Shown: piece by piece, positions 29,623 through 39,991 of the stretch
Layout of the letters: every line of letters starts with the position of its first letter
Numbering within the stretch: the stretch's first letter is position 1
Source: Candidatus Undinarchaeales archaeon
Lineage (GTDB): Archaea; SpSt-1190; JASMDC01
DNA: 64,000 nucleotides
Direction of reading: 5' to 3'
Assembly: GCA_030753015.1 (NCBI GenBank)
Contig: JASMDC010000018.1
Coordinates: forward strand, 8,455-72,454
The notes under the pieces: generated by a model
Seen by the model: the letters and a program-made list of their open reading frames with translations, nothing else
Told to the model about the DNA's origin: nothing
The model's database searches: none
Made by a program: the position numbers and the translations under genes

Positions 29623-32600
29623 CTAACCGACAGTCACGGTGCACTCACAGGCGCATGAGCCGGGATCGGTGCGTATGCGGCACTTCTTCCGGTCGAGCCA
29701 GAGAGTGCAGGTCGGCAGGCAGTCGTTGCACGACACACGGAGCGTGCAGCCGGAGTAGTCGATACCGTGGTCGATGAACACGCTCTCGCCCTGCACGACC
29801 GTCGGCTCCCGCACCTCGAGCCGCGCGAGAGGGAAGAGGTCCGCGTTCACGATGCCTTGGGAAGTCGGTTCGACGGCCCACTCACGTCCGTGTACGTCCC
29901 TGGCCCTCACCACGATGGTGTAGGAGTTACCCGGTTCGGCCATGAAGGACCCAGACATAACGGTCGTGGATCCCTCGCCCCAGATGGCGACCTGTGTATC
30001 AGCGTTGCTCCCTTCGACCGCCAGCGACCAACCATCGATGACAGCAACGGACACCATTCCCTCGAAGGGCACGGTCGCGATGTCGGACAGGTCCACGGTG
30101 GCATGGACCCGCGTGGGCTCATAGAACACCGCAGAGGTGAGCCCCTCATCTGTCTCGAAACCCGCTTCGGAGATCCTGAGCTCGGGCCGCGTGATCTCGA
30201 GGTAGGCATTGGGGTAGTCCATGCGGAACTCGAGCGCGTCCTCAAGGCACCAGAAGGTCATGACCTCCCCGGAGCAGGAGTTCGAAGGCAGGCCTTGTTC
30301 AGGGAGGGTCTGGTCGAACACCGTCATGTTGTTCTCGTCCATGGCCTCCACCCTGAGCCGGAGCACGAAACCGACGTACTCTGAGGGGGTCTCCACCTCC
30401 CGTGTCTCGAGTCTGCTGCCCTCGAGCACGTCCATCACCATGATTGACGCCAGAGATCCATGGACCTCTTGTCCCTCTGCGTCCACCATGGAGACGGACA
30501 CGGTGAGGGGAAAGAGAGCGGACTTGACGGTGACGATCCCTTTGACGCGGGTACCGGCATGTGCCTTGGTCGCCCGCTCGCCGTCCACCGTGAACCAGGC
30601 GTCCTGGACTGCTACTGTGCCCATTGGCAGCACCTTCGAAATGGAGCCCACGGCCGTGGCGACAGTCCTCCCCTGCTCGTCGTACACCTCGAGCACCGGC
30701 TGCACCGTCTTACCTACAAGGTCCTCTTCCATTTCCTTGAGGTTCGAGAGCAGTGTTACGTCGGTGCCGGGGTCCACGGACGAGACGGGGATGGTGGCCA
30801 TGATGGCTGAGAACAGCTCCTCACAGGAGCACTCGCACACAGCGTCCTCGGGACAGAAGGGACATTCACAGGCATCGAAGAGCCTGAGCTTGACCTCGGA
30901 CCTACCGTAGAACGAGAGGAATCCGGCGTTGGCCACGTCCGCTCGGAACCGCACGCTCTCCCCACCATAGAGCGCTTGAACCTCGCTCTGGCCTCGGAGG
31001 GTCGCCAGGCTCACACTCAGCTCGGGAGTCAGCGCCTTGCACATGCGCGCGCACACGTCCCATATCCCCGTGTCCCGCTCGTCACGTGGACAGCTGAGGA
31101 TGCACTCGAATGTCGTATCCGGCCAGTCCCGTTCCCCCTCTCCTTCCCAGCAGTCGTCGACACAGACACGTGACTCCCTGGTCTCGGGGAACTGCGTGAC
31201 ACAGGTCCGTTCACACGCTACTTTGGCACCCATGCAACGGCGTGTGCATGCGTCCGTGCGTTCGCGGTTGCTGCCGAACAGGCTGTGACATGCTCGGCGG
31301 CACGAGGAGCTGCCCATGCACGTGGACGTGACGGGCCGTTCGTCGAATCCGTACCGGCAGCACAGCCCGATGGGGGAGCGCCCTGTCTGGCAGCGGTCGA
31401 AGAGGGGTCCGCCGCTCAGGGCGTGGGATGGTGACTCGCACAGCTCGGGATCGAACGGGCACTCGCCCTCCACGCCCTCGCCACAAAGGGCACGCGTGGT
31501 CGACCAGGGGACCGGTGTCTGTGGCCCGGGCTCGTACACGTCGGCGAACATACCCTCGCAGCAGGCCTGGATGCTCGCCCGATCGGTATCGTTGAGCAGG
31601 GGATCTGCGCACTGGTACGCCGTCGTCCGCCACTCAGTGCCCAGTCGGCACACGCACAGCTCGAGCTGGGCGTGGCAATGGGCCATTGACGTGCCATAAC
31701 ACTTCTTGCACACGTCCTCGCACAGCGAGACCTTGGGGATCTTGTGGACGAGGCAGCTCAAGGTATCTACGAATACGTCCTCCACATCGGTGTCCCTGAT
31801 GATCTCGATGGTGTCCATGTGCTCCTCGGACCACTCGTCCATGTTGATGTCCTTGATATTGGCGATGGCCGGCTCGTGGGGGGCACACCCGCCGCGGTAG
31901 CCTCCGCATCCGGGGACCGGTGGCTTGGGCTGGGGAAGCGGGGGCAGACTACCGGGCTTCATTCCCTCGGGCCGCTTTCCGCACTCCTTGACGTTGAAGT
32001 TACGACAGAACACGGCCCATTGGCGGTGCGGATCGGCGTTCGGCGGCTCCTCGCCCGTTTTGTACATCAGGTTCGGATTCGTGCCCGGTGGGAAGTGGAG
32101 GTCCTGGATCTCCACGTCAGAGCAGAACTTGCTGACCTCGGAAGGGAAGTTGTGGCGGAATGTGGTGAGGTCGGCAAGGAGCTTGTCGTTCTGGAGGAAG
32201 AGGAGCATGTCGGTGGTCTCCTCCTGGAACTCATCGGAGCTTCTGATGCGGTCCGGCTTACCGTCCGTCGCCTCGTACTTGTCGATCCTCAGTGCGATGG
32301 CGGCCAGTTCGTCCAGGTTCTCCTGGACATGTGTGTAGGTCGCGCCCTGCTCCACGTTGCTCTGGTACTTTGCCCTGACGGCCTCCAGCTGGCCGATCAT
32401 CTTGGGCAGCTCCTTGAGCATGTTCCCCAGGTAGTCGAGGATACGCTCCAGCTGGTCCTCCACCTCGCAGGGGGTTCGGTAGCTCTTCTCGTCCTCCTCT
32501 ACCTGTGACGCTGGCGGGCGGTACGCGGCGAAGTCGAAGGGCGTGTGAGCGCAGTGGTGCCCCTCGGTGGGGGGCGGGGGCCAGGCGTACTCCCCGGAAT

Positions 32601-34089
32601 CGTAGTCCTTGAGACGTGTTCCGATCACCTCGTCGAGCTCGCACACGTCGTGGAGATCGGCAAGCTCATGTGTGCACTGGCGTATCTTACGTGGTGAGGG
32701 GCGGCTGTTCTTGGCCTTCTTGGTCTCCAGTGAGCGCCAGGCCTCGGCGATGATGTGGTTGGGCCTGTAGCAGCCCGCGTTCATGTAACCGTAGGGATCG
32801 AACTGCTCGTTGATGCACGGCCGCACACAGCAGGCGATCTGTCCCTTGGGATTGACGTTGTCAAGACCGGTGTCGCATCCCTTGAAACCGCCGTGCTCGT
32901 CCGGCTGACCGATGGCCTTGTTGTCCCCGCAGAAGTAATCGTTGTGCCAGCACTCGTGCACCTCGCCCACCGGCTTTCGGGGCACCCCGTGCGTGTCGCA
33001 GTTGTCCCCGTAGTTGCAGGGATAGGGATCGCACAGAGGTTGACACATGGACATCCCGTTGTTGCCCTCGACGCACTTTTCCTTGTCCATGCAGGCCACC
33101 CTGGCCGTGCGGAAGCACGAACTGGGCGAGGGGAGGTCGCCGATCTCCACCTCGAGCACGCAGCCACCGTACTTGTCGTTGAACTCTTCGATGGAGCCCT
33201 CGCACAGGTTGCACTGCCTCTTCGCAGCGTTGTAGATGTTGCGCAGGTCCTTCTCCACCGACGTGTAGAACTTCTTGAAATTTTCATAATAGGCGATCGT
33301 GGTCTCGACGAAGTCGGCCATGCTCTCGTAGTTGGCGGCGATCTTGCTCACGTCCTCGGGACAGTCCAACAGGCTCACGTTGAGCTCGTCAGGCTCGTAT
33401 CCCGTGTACTCCGGCTTCTCAAGCCCCGCGATCATGGTGTTGCATATGTACGGTTCGCCCTCAGTGAGGGGGTTCTCCTCGCAAGGGCGGAGGTTGAGGT
33501 CGGGACGCGGTCCGCCGTTGGCCTCACCATATCCTTTGTCAACGCACACCGCGCCAACGTACCCGTCGCCCCCGAAGGCGCACTGCCAGGTGCAGATCTT
33601 CATCTTGAAGGACTGGCGACACTGCTCGTCAGCGCCGCCACCGTCCCCCCCGCCGATGCTCAGGGGACCACAGTGGCCCACGCTGTGGCCCGAGATGGCG
33701 ATCGATTCACAGCCGGCTTCGTCATCTGAGAACTCGTCCTCGCATTCGCAGTCCTCGCCCGGCAGGCAGTCCTCGCCCGACTCCCAGCAGGCGTTGTCGC
33801 CGTCGTACAGCCCCACCGAGCCACGGCACTGGAAGAACTGGCCAGGGGAGCTCTCCTCCAACTCACAATCATCGGACGCGCCCTCGGTCTCCATGATGCA
33901 CCAGGTCTCCATGCCCGGCTCCAGCTTCGGGGAGCATGCAGAGGGTGCCAGGGCTAGGTCCATGGACAGGACGGTGAGGAGGGCGAGCGTGGCGACGAGC
34001 AGTATAGCATGTGCCAGGGGGGAGCAAGGATCCCCTCCTTTCCCCTTCTTCCAGGTCAGCGCCACCGGGATGTCCGCCCTGTCATGCAT
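29623..34089 (-). CDS. giant Cys-rich secreted protein, paralog B (~1488 aa)
   Basis: Long ORF with hydrophobic signal segment, colinear with 34109-38284; start chosen at ATG after GGAAGGT. Confidence 0.85.
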   Translation of the reverse strand: MHDRADIPVALTWKKGKGGDPCSPLAHAILLVATLALLTVLSMDLALAPSACSPKLEPGMETWCIMETEGASDDCELEESSPGQFFQCRGSVGLYDGDNACWESGEDCLPGEDCECEDEFSDDEAGCESIAISGHSVGHCGPLSIGGGDGGGADEQCRQSFKMKICTWQCAFGGDGYVGAVCVDKGYGEANGGPRPDLNLRPCEENPLTEGEPYICNTMIAGLEKPEYTGYEPDELNVSLLDCPEDVSKIAANYESMADFVETTIAYYENFKKFYTSVEKDLRNIYNAAKRQCNLCEGSIEEFNDKYGGCVLEVEIGDLPSPSSCFRTARVACMDKEKCVEGNNGMSMCQPLCDPYPCNYGDNCDTHGVPRKPVGEVHECWHNDYFCGDNKAIGQPDEHGGFKGCDTGLDNVNPKGQIACCVRPCINEQFDPYGYMNAGCYRPNHIIAEAWRSLETKKAKNSRPSPRKIRQCTHELADLHDVCELDEVIGTRLKDYDSGEYAWPPPPTEGHHCAHTPFDFAAYRPPASQVEEDEKSYRTPCEVEDQLERILDYLGNMLKELPKMIGQLEAVRAKYQSNVEQGATYTHVQENLDELAAIALRIDKYEATDGKPDRIRSSDEFQEETTDMLLFLQNDKLLADLTTFRHNFPSEVSKFCSDVEIQDLHFPPGTNPNLMYKTGEEPPNADPHRQWAVFCRNFNVKECGKRPEGMKPGSLPPLPQPKPPVPGCGGYRGGCAPHEPAIANIKDINMDEWSEEHMDTIEIIRDTDVEDVFVDTLSCLVHKIPKVSLCEDVCKKCYGTSMAHCHAQLELCVCRLGTEWRTTAYQCADPLLNDTDRASIQACCEGMFADVYEPGPQTPVPWSTTRALCGEGVEGECPFDPELCESPSHALSGGPLFDRCQTGRSPIGLCCRYGFDERPVTSTCMGSSSCRRACHSLFGSNRERTDACTRRCMGAKVACERTCVTQFPETRESRVCVDDCWEGEGERDWPDTTFECILSCPRDERDTGIWDVCARMCKALTPELSVSLATLRGQSEVQALYGGESVRFRADVANAGFLSFYGRSEVKLRLFDACECPFCPEDAVCECSCEELFSAIMATIPVSSVDPGTDVTLLSNLKEMEEDLVGKTVQPVLEVYDEQGRTVATAVGSISKVLPMGTVAVQDAWFTVDGERATKAHAGTRVKGIVTVKSALFPLTVSVSMVDAEGQEVHGSLASIMVMDVLEGSRLETREVETPSEYVGFVLRLRVEAMDENNMTVFDQTLPEQGLPSNSCSGEVMTFWCLEDALEFRMDYPNAYLEITRPELRISEAGFETDEGLTSAVFYEPTRVHATVDLSDIATVPFEGMVSVAVIDGWSLAVEGSNADTQVAIWGEGSTTVMSGSFMAEPGNSYTIVVRARDVHGREWAVEPTSQGIVNADLFPLARLEVREPTVVQGESVFIDHGIDYSGCTLRVSCNDCLPTCTLWLDRKKCRIRTDPGSCACECTVTVG

Positions 34090-34108
34090 TACCTTCCAGT
34101 CCACCGGG

Positions 34109-37100
34109 CTATGTGGCCGAGGAGATGCACTCGCAGGCACAGGTGCCCGGATCAGATTTGATGGTGCATGACTTCCGGTGGAGCCAGAGGGTGCACGTAG
34201 GCAGGCATTCCTCGCACGCCACCTGGATGTTGCAGTCCGAGTAGCTGATGGACGAGTAGATGTACGTCGCCTCGCCCTGTACCAGGGTCTTCTCCTTCGC
34301 CTCCAGACGGGCCAGTGGGAAGAGCTCGGGATTCACCAGGCCCGAGGCCGTGGGGACGATGGCCCACTCCCTGCCCTGGTGGTCCGTGCCCCGGACCATG
34401 ATCACGTAGGTGTTCCCGGGCTGAGCGGTGAAGTACTCCGACCACGCTGTAGTATCCTGCTTGCCAGCGAGGGTGATGTCCACCTGTCGAGAGCTTCCCT
34501 CGACCTCCACGGACCAGGAGTCCAGAGCGGAGATGGTCACCATCCCTTCGAAAGGTATGGTGGCGATGTCCGTCAGCTTGATGGAGGCCCGTACCTCTGT
34601 CGCCTCGTACATGACCGCCGATGACAGCCCGTCCTTGGTCTCGAAAACCGCCTCATTGAGCTTCAGCTCCGGCCGGCGGATCTCAAGGTAGGCGTCCGGG
34701 TAGTCCATGCGGAAGTCCACGGTCTCCTTCTGGCACCATGCGGTCATCACGTCGCCAGCACAGGCGTCCGAGGCGAGCCCCTGTTCAGTGAGGGTCTCGG
34801 CGATGACGGTGGTGTTGTCCTCGTCCATGGCCTCGACATGGAGGCGCAGCACGAATCCGACGTACTGGGCGGGAGTTTCAACCTCCAGCGTCTCCAGCTG
34901 GCTGCCGTCGAGCACGTCCTCGATCTCGATAGCGCTACGTGAGCCCTCGATCTCGTTCCCGTCCGCGTCCACCATGGACACGTACACGGTGATGGGGAAG
35001 AGGACTGATTTCACCTTTATAGCGCCCTTGATCTTCGAACCGGCATAGGCCTTCGTGTCACGTTCGCCGTCCACGACGAACCAGGCGTCCTGGATGGCCA
35101 CCTTCCCCATTTCGAGGACCTTCGAGATAGGTCCCTGAGCGGAGCGTATCAACCGGTTGTCCTCGTCGTACAGCTCCATCACGGGCTGGACGGTCTTGCC
35201 CGCGAGCCCTTCGTCCACGCCCTTGGGATCTGAGAGAAGGACCGAGGACTCCCCTGGCTCCACCAGGGGGACCGGGATCGTGGCCAGGATGGCGCTGAAC
35301 TGGTCATCGCACGCACATTCGCACACAACCCCCTCGGGGCAGGGCGGGCAGTCACACGAGTCGAAGAGCCTGAGCTTCACCTCGGCCCGTCCACGGAACG
35401 GCAGGAAGCCCTTGTTGTCCACTGCGGCCTTGAACCGGATGTCCTCACCTGCATAGAAGGCCTGGACGTCGCTCTCACCGCGCAGTGCCGACAGCCGGAC
35501 GTCGAGCTCGGGTGCGAGCGCCTTGCAGATACGCTGACACACCTCTTGGACCTTTTCGTCCTTCTCGTCGGGCCTGCAATTACGGATGCAATCGAACGTG
35601 TACTCGGGCATCTCCTCCTGTTCCTGCTTCCAGCACTCGTAGATGCATCGCCGCTCCTCACGGATGTCCAGGGACTGTGTCAAACACTGCTGCTCGCACG
35701 AGACCTCGGCCGTCATGCACCGGGCGGTGCACGCGTCCACGCGTTGTGGGTTCCCCCTGAACTTCTCCTGGCAGCCCTTCCGGCATGACGCGCTCTCGGC
35801 GCAGGAATAGGTGATGGGCTTCTCCTCGAACCCGAACTTGCAGCACAGTCCCGTCTCGGAGGTGCTGGTCTGACAATAGTCGTAGAGCGGGCCCGCGTTG
35901 AGGACGTGGTCGGGCGTCGGGCACAGCTCCTTGTCGAAGAGACAGTTCTCGTCCATCCCCACAACGCACTGACGATTGGCCGTACCGCCACCGGGCTTGT
36001 ACACGACGTGAGGTATCCCCGTTCCGGAAGTGGGTGCGCTCACGTCAGCGTACATGGCCTCGCAGCAGGCCTGGAACTGGGCCTTGTCGGTGTCGTTGTG
36101 GATGGGCTCTTGGCATTCGTACGCGGTGGTCTTCCACTCGGTCCCCAGCCGGCATACGCACAGACCCAGCTGGGCATGACAGTGGGCAATGGACGTGCCA
36201 TGGCACGACTTGCAGATGTCCTCGCACATCGATACCGTCGGGATCTTGTGGCGGAAGCAATCTCCCGAGTCGACGAACATATCCCGGAGATCTAGCTCAC
36301 GGAACTCCTGGAGAGCCTCCATGTGCACCTCGCCCCACTCGTCCATGTTCTGGTCCTTCCAATGGAACATCTGGGGGACGTGAGTGCATCCTCCCCGGTA
36401 TCCACCGCACCCGAGGATGGGGGCTCCTTCGGCGTTCCCGCTCATCATCATGGTGGTCATGGCGAAGCTCTGCTCGTTACCGGACTGGCCGCCTCCGCCT
36501 GGGATCACGTTCCACCGGCTGCAGAAAGCACCCCACTTGTCGCAACCGTCGCCCTTGTGCTTCATTTCCTTGGGGGTTCCCCCTGGGAAAGCGAGCTCGC
36601 AACCGGCAGCGTCGAGCTTGCAGGCCACAGCGTTCCAGGAGTGCTTCTTAGTGAGGTCGGTGAAGAACTCGCTCGTCTGGAAGAACTTGACGAGCTTTGT
36701 GAGCAGCTTCTGGAACTTGTCGGTGTCCAGTTCCTCCTCGTCGCCGCTCTTCTCGAGCTTGTCGATGTTCCCCATGATGGCGACCAGTTCGTCCATGTTC
36801 TTCTTGATCTCGACGTAGGAGGCGCCCTGGTTGATGGAGGTCTGGAACTTCGTCTTCACCTTCTTGAGCTCGGCGATGGCCTTGGGCATCTGGGTGAGGA
36901 GGTTCTTGAGGTACTTGAGCGTCTTCTTCATGTCCTTCTCCACATTACAGGCGATCTCGTCCTTGTCCATCTCGCAGATGTCCCTAAGGTCGGCGAGCTT
37001 CTTCTCGCACTCCCGCACGCCCACGGGGGCCACCACGGCACGCTTGGACTTCTCGGTCACCAGCGTCCGCCATGCCTCAGCGATTATGTGGGACGCACTG

Positions 37101-38284
37101 TCCTGGAAGCATGCTTCGTCCTTGAAGGAGTAGATGTCCGTGCACGTTGGTGGCTGAGGCTCCTCATCAGGAGTGGGGGTCTGCTGCTGCGCCTCATTCC
37201 ACTCGCCCCAGGCATTGAGGAAGGCACCGAACTTGGCCTGACAGATGACACTGGCCTCCATGCAGCACCCGCCCATGTCCACGGTGGCGGGATCCGGCTT
37301 AGGATTGCACCCTGCTGCCCCGAAATCGTCGCCCGGTGAGCCGATCGTATCGTCGGTACCGCAGAAGTTCTCATTGGACCAGCACTCACCGTCGGGTCCG
37401 GGCACACCCTTTTCGCACTCCTTGCCATAGTTGCACGGGATGGCCTCACACATGGGGCACATCTTCACCATCCCTGCCTGGCCGCCGCTCCCCTCGTTGC
37501 AAACGGAACCCCGCTCGCAGAAGGGCTTGGCCACGTTCCAGCAGATTGTGGGTGCGGGCAGGTCCTCCATCTCGTTCTCGGGCATGCCACAGATGGCGTA
37601 CTTCTCGTTGAACGACTCGAGGCTGCTCTCGCATGTGGAGCACTGCTTCTTGACTGCAGTGTATACGATCTGGAGGTCGTTGTTCAGCTCCTTGAAGAAC
37701 TTGAGGAAATTCTCGTAGTAGAGGATGGTGGTTTCGACGTACTCGGCCATGTTCTCGTAGTTCGCCGCGTCCACACCGCCCTCCTCGGGGCATTCGAGGA
37801 GCGAGACGTTGAGCTCATCCACCTCTGCCTCGGACTCGAACTTCGGCTTCTTGAGGCCCGGGATCATCCCCTCGTTGATCATTGGCGATCCTTCAACGGG
37901 TGGATTTTCCTCGCAGGGCGGGAGATTGAGCTCCTCGCGGGTGGGGCTATTGCTCATCCAGCCCTTGGCGACGCATACCTGGCCCACGTAGGCCTTCTCG
38001 CCGAGATTGAATAGATAGGAGCATGCCTTCCAGCTATAGTCATCATCGTCCTCCTTGTAGTCGCCCTTCATGATGCTGAGCATCCCGCACTCTCCCGGCA
38101 TCAGGGTGGCTGCATCCTCGATGCTGCTACACTTCTCGAACTCGTCGTCGGGTTCGTACTCGTGGATGCACCACACCAGTTCCCCTTCCTCCGAGCTCAC
38201 GGGGACGGCGCTCATTAGCACTACGGCCATAACGGCCAAGATAACGTATCTGGATTTCACGATGATCACCTTCGATCGGCCCAT
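34109..38284 (-). CDS. giant Cys-rich secreted protein, paralog A (1391 aa)
   Basis: Signal peptide, Cys-rich modules, helical segments, beta-rich C-terminal domains. Confidence 0.87.
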   Translation of the reverse strand: MGRSKVIIVKSRYVILAVMAVVLMSAVPVSSEEGELVWCIHEYEPDDEFEKCSSIEDAATLMPGECGMLSIMKGDYKEDDDDYSWKACSYLFNLGEKAYVGQVCVAKGWMSNSPTREELNLPPCEENPPVEGSPMINEGMIPGLKKPKFESEAEVDELNVSLLECPEEGGVDAANYENMAEYVETTILYYENFLKFFKELNNDLQIVYTAVKKQCSTCESSLESFNEKYAICGMPENEMEDLPAPTICWNVAKPFCERGSVCNEGSGGQAGMVKMCPMCEAIPCNYGKECEKGVPGPDGECWSNENFCGTDDTIGSPGDDFGAAGCNPKPDPATVDMGGCCMEASVICQAKFGAFLNAWGEWNEAQQQTPTPDEEPQPPTCTDIYSFKDEACFQDSASHIIAEAWRTLVTEKSKRAVVAPVGVRECEKKLADLRDICEMDKDEIACNVEKDMKKTLKYLKNLLTQMPKAIAELKKVKTKFQTSINQGASYVEIKKNMDELVAIMGNIDKLEKSGDEEELDTDKFQKLLTKLVKFFQTSEFFTDLTKKHSWNAVACKLDAAGCELAFPGGTPKEMKHKGDGCDKWGAFCSRWNVIPGGGGQSGNEQSFAMTTMMMSGNAEGAPILGCGGYRGGCTHVPQMFHWKDQNMDEWGEVHMEALQEFRELDLRDMFVDSGDCFRHKIPTVSMCEDICKSCHGTSIAHCHAQLGLCVCRLGTEWKTTAYECQEPIHNDTDKAQFQACCEAMYADVSAPTSGTGIPHVVYKPGGGTANRQCVVGMDENCLFDKELCPTPDHVLNAGPLYDYCQTSTSETGLCCKFGFEEKPITYSCAESASCRKGCQEKFRGNPQRVDACTARCMTAEVSCEQQCLTQSLDIREERRCIYECWKQEQEEMPEYTFDCIRNCRPDEKDEKVQEVCQRICKALAPELDVRLSALRGESDVQAFYAGEDIRFKAAVDNKGFLPFRGRAEVKLRLFDSCDCPPCPEGVVCECACDDQFSAILATIPVPLVEPGESSVLLSDPKGVDEGLAGKTVQPVMELYDEDNRLIRSAQGPISKVLEMGKVAIQDAWFVVDGERDTKAYAGSKIKGAIKVKSVLFPITVYVSMVDADGNEIEGSRSAIEIEDVLDGSQLETLEVETPAQYVGFVLRLHVEAMDEDNTTVIAETLTEQGLASDACAGDVMTAWCQKETVDFRMDYPDAYLEIRRPELKLNEAVFETKDGLSSAVMYEATEVRASIKLTDIATIPFEGMVTISALDSWSVEVEGSSRQVDITLAGKQDTTAWSEYFTAQPGNTYVIMVRGTDHQGREWAIVPTASGLVNPELFPLARLEAKEKTLVQGEATYIYSSISYSDCNIQVACEECLPTCTLWLHRKSCTIKSDPGTCACECISSAT

Positions 38285-38594
38285 CTATGACAGAGTGGGT
38301 CCTGTAACGATACCTGCTGTCCCACGTATAAATAGGATTCTCGGAACAGCTATGGGACGCTAAATTCATGAGCACGTCCTCGTGCTAAGTGAACCGACGC
38401 TAATAGATCCATTTGGACTGGAATGGCGTGTTTCTCCAGGGATATGAACTGAACGGGGGGCGTTACGCCCTTATTAAGGACACGTATTAGTGACTCTATC
38501 CACGGCCCTGTACGTCGACAATGTAACTAGTATACTACGTCATTGACGCGAAATCTTCTCGGAAAACAGGTTTATTTCAGAATAAATCGTATTA

Positions 38595-38679
38595 ATCCTT
38601 AATAAATCCTTGGGGCGGGGGCGTAAATGTAAGAAAAAACAAGAAAATGGCTTAATATTACGAAGCATTTATTAAGGAT
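38595..38679. promoter_or_regulatory. 13-bp inverted repeat in AT-rich divergent intergenic region
   Basis: atccttaataaat (38595-38607) / atttattaaggat (38667-38679); third ttattaagga at 38471-38480. Confidence 0.5.
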
Positions 38680-38735
38680 AACCTGTCCTAGGGACAAGTC
38701 GGGCGGCCAGCCGCTCACATACCCAGGTGAGAAAC

Positions 38736-39578
38736 ATGCGCCGAAGGATTATCTCCATTTCCTTGAGGGAGGACCTCATAACCCGTGTAGACAACCTTGT
38801 CGACGGTACCGTTATCCGGAACCGGTCGCACGCTCTCGAGAGCATCCTTGTCAACTACTTCCGTGAGGAGAAGATCAAGGTGCTCATCCTCGCAGGGAGC
38901 CAGGGAAAGGACCTCCTGCCCCTGACAAAGGATACTCCCAAGTGCATGCTGGATGTCGGAGGGAAGCCCATTTTGGAGCATGTTGTACGCAACCTCCGAG
39001 TGCTCGGTTTCACCCAGATGATCATATCCGTCTCATATAAATCCGACAAGGTCATGGACTACTTCGGTGACGGGAGCCAGTTCGGTGTGGAGATCACGTA
39101 CATCCAGGACCCGGAACCTCTCGGAACGGCCGGTGCCCTCATCAGGGCCGACAAGTTCATCGACGGGCGGTTCATCCTCATCTACGGGGATAACTTCTTC
39201 AAGTTCGATCTCAGCGACATGGTGGAGTTCCACGAGAAGGCCAGCGCCCTGGGAACCGTTGGCTTGACAACCGTTCCGGACCCAGCGGCCTACGGTGTCG
39301 TCGAGCTGAAGGGTAGCAAGGTCGTGGACTACACAGAGAAGCCCACCGACTACCGCTCCTTCATCATCAACGGTGGTATCTACATCTTCGAGCGTGAGAT
39401 CTTTTCGAGCCTCGATGCCTCTCAGCGCTCCCTGGAGCGGGACGTGCTACCTCAACTGGCCAAGGAGGGGAAGCTCGCCGGGTACAACCTCGCCGGGCAA
39501 TGGATCGGTATCGACACCAAGGAAGACCTCGAGAGGGCGCGCAAGCTCTTCTCTGAGAAGAAGGTCGAGACCATCTAG
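38736..39578 (+). CDS. ribbon-helix-helix domain fused to sugar-phosphate nucleotidyltransferase domain
   Basis: RIISISLREDL...NRSHALE (NikR/CopG-like), then PKCMLDVGGKPILEH, EPLGTAGA, YGD and INGGIY. Confidence 0.85.
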   Translation: MRRRIISISLREDLITRVDNLVDGTVIRNRSHALESILVNYFREEKIKVLILAGSQGKDLLPLTKDTPKCMLDVGGKPILEHVVRNLRVLGFTQMIISVSYKSDKVMDYFGDGSQFGVEITYIQDPEPLGTAGALIRADKFIDGRFILIYGDNFFKFDLSDMVEFHEKASALGTVGLTTVPDPAAYGVVELKGSKVVDYTEKPTDYRSFIINGGIYIFEREIFSSLDASQRSLERDVLPQLAKEGKLAGYNLAGQWIGIDTKEDLERARKLFSEKKVETI

Positions 39579-39583
39579 ATCCG

Positions 39584-39928
39584 TTACACGAGCACCCGGA
39601 ACAGCCCTATTACACCGTCTTCTTCGTCGGCCAACCGATTGAACAGTTCGGCAGCCTCAGGTGTAGGGAGCGAATGCATCTTCACGCCCATACGCTCGAT
39701 CACCTTCTCGTCCGCAGGTGAGAGGTTGTGGATACCGATAAGTCCACGTCCGAACACGAATATCTGGGCATGGTGATGGAGAAGGAGGAGCTCGAGCTCG
39801 CGAAGGGTGACCTTACCCTTCTCCGTCCTAGGCTCCACCCAGCCCCACTGGGTGAGCACGATATCCTCCTTGAATGCTTGGCCGTCCACAACGATATGTC
39901 GGTGGGCGACCTCGTCGATATGGGCCAT
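39584..39928 (-). CDS. Mth938-like domain protein
   Basis: IVVDGQAFKEDI, FGRG and PTPEAAELFN motifs. Confidence 0.8.
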   Translation of the reverse strand: MAHIDEVAHRHIVVDGQAFKEDIVLTQWGWVEPRTEKGKVTLRELELLLLHHHAQIFVFGRGLIGIHNLSPADEKVIERMGVKMHSLPTPEAAELFNRLADEEDGVIGLFRVLV

Positions 39929-39991
39929 TAGTATTGTCCAATGATGTGGCCTGTACAAACATTTTAATGTCTACCCGGCTCCCAATCGGCC

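Noticed and set aside
34109-38284. CKSCH heme-binding-like motif suggesting cytochrome c
   Set aside because: Single occurrence in a very Cys-rich protein; the paralog has CKKCY at the same position
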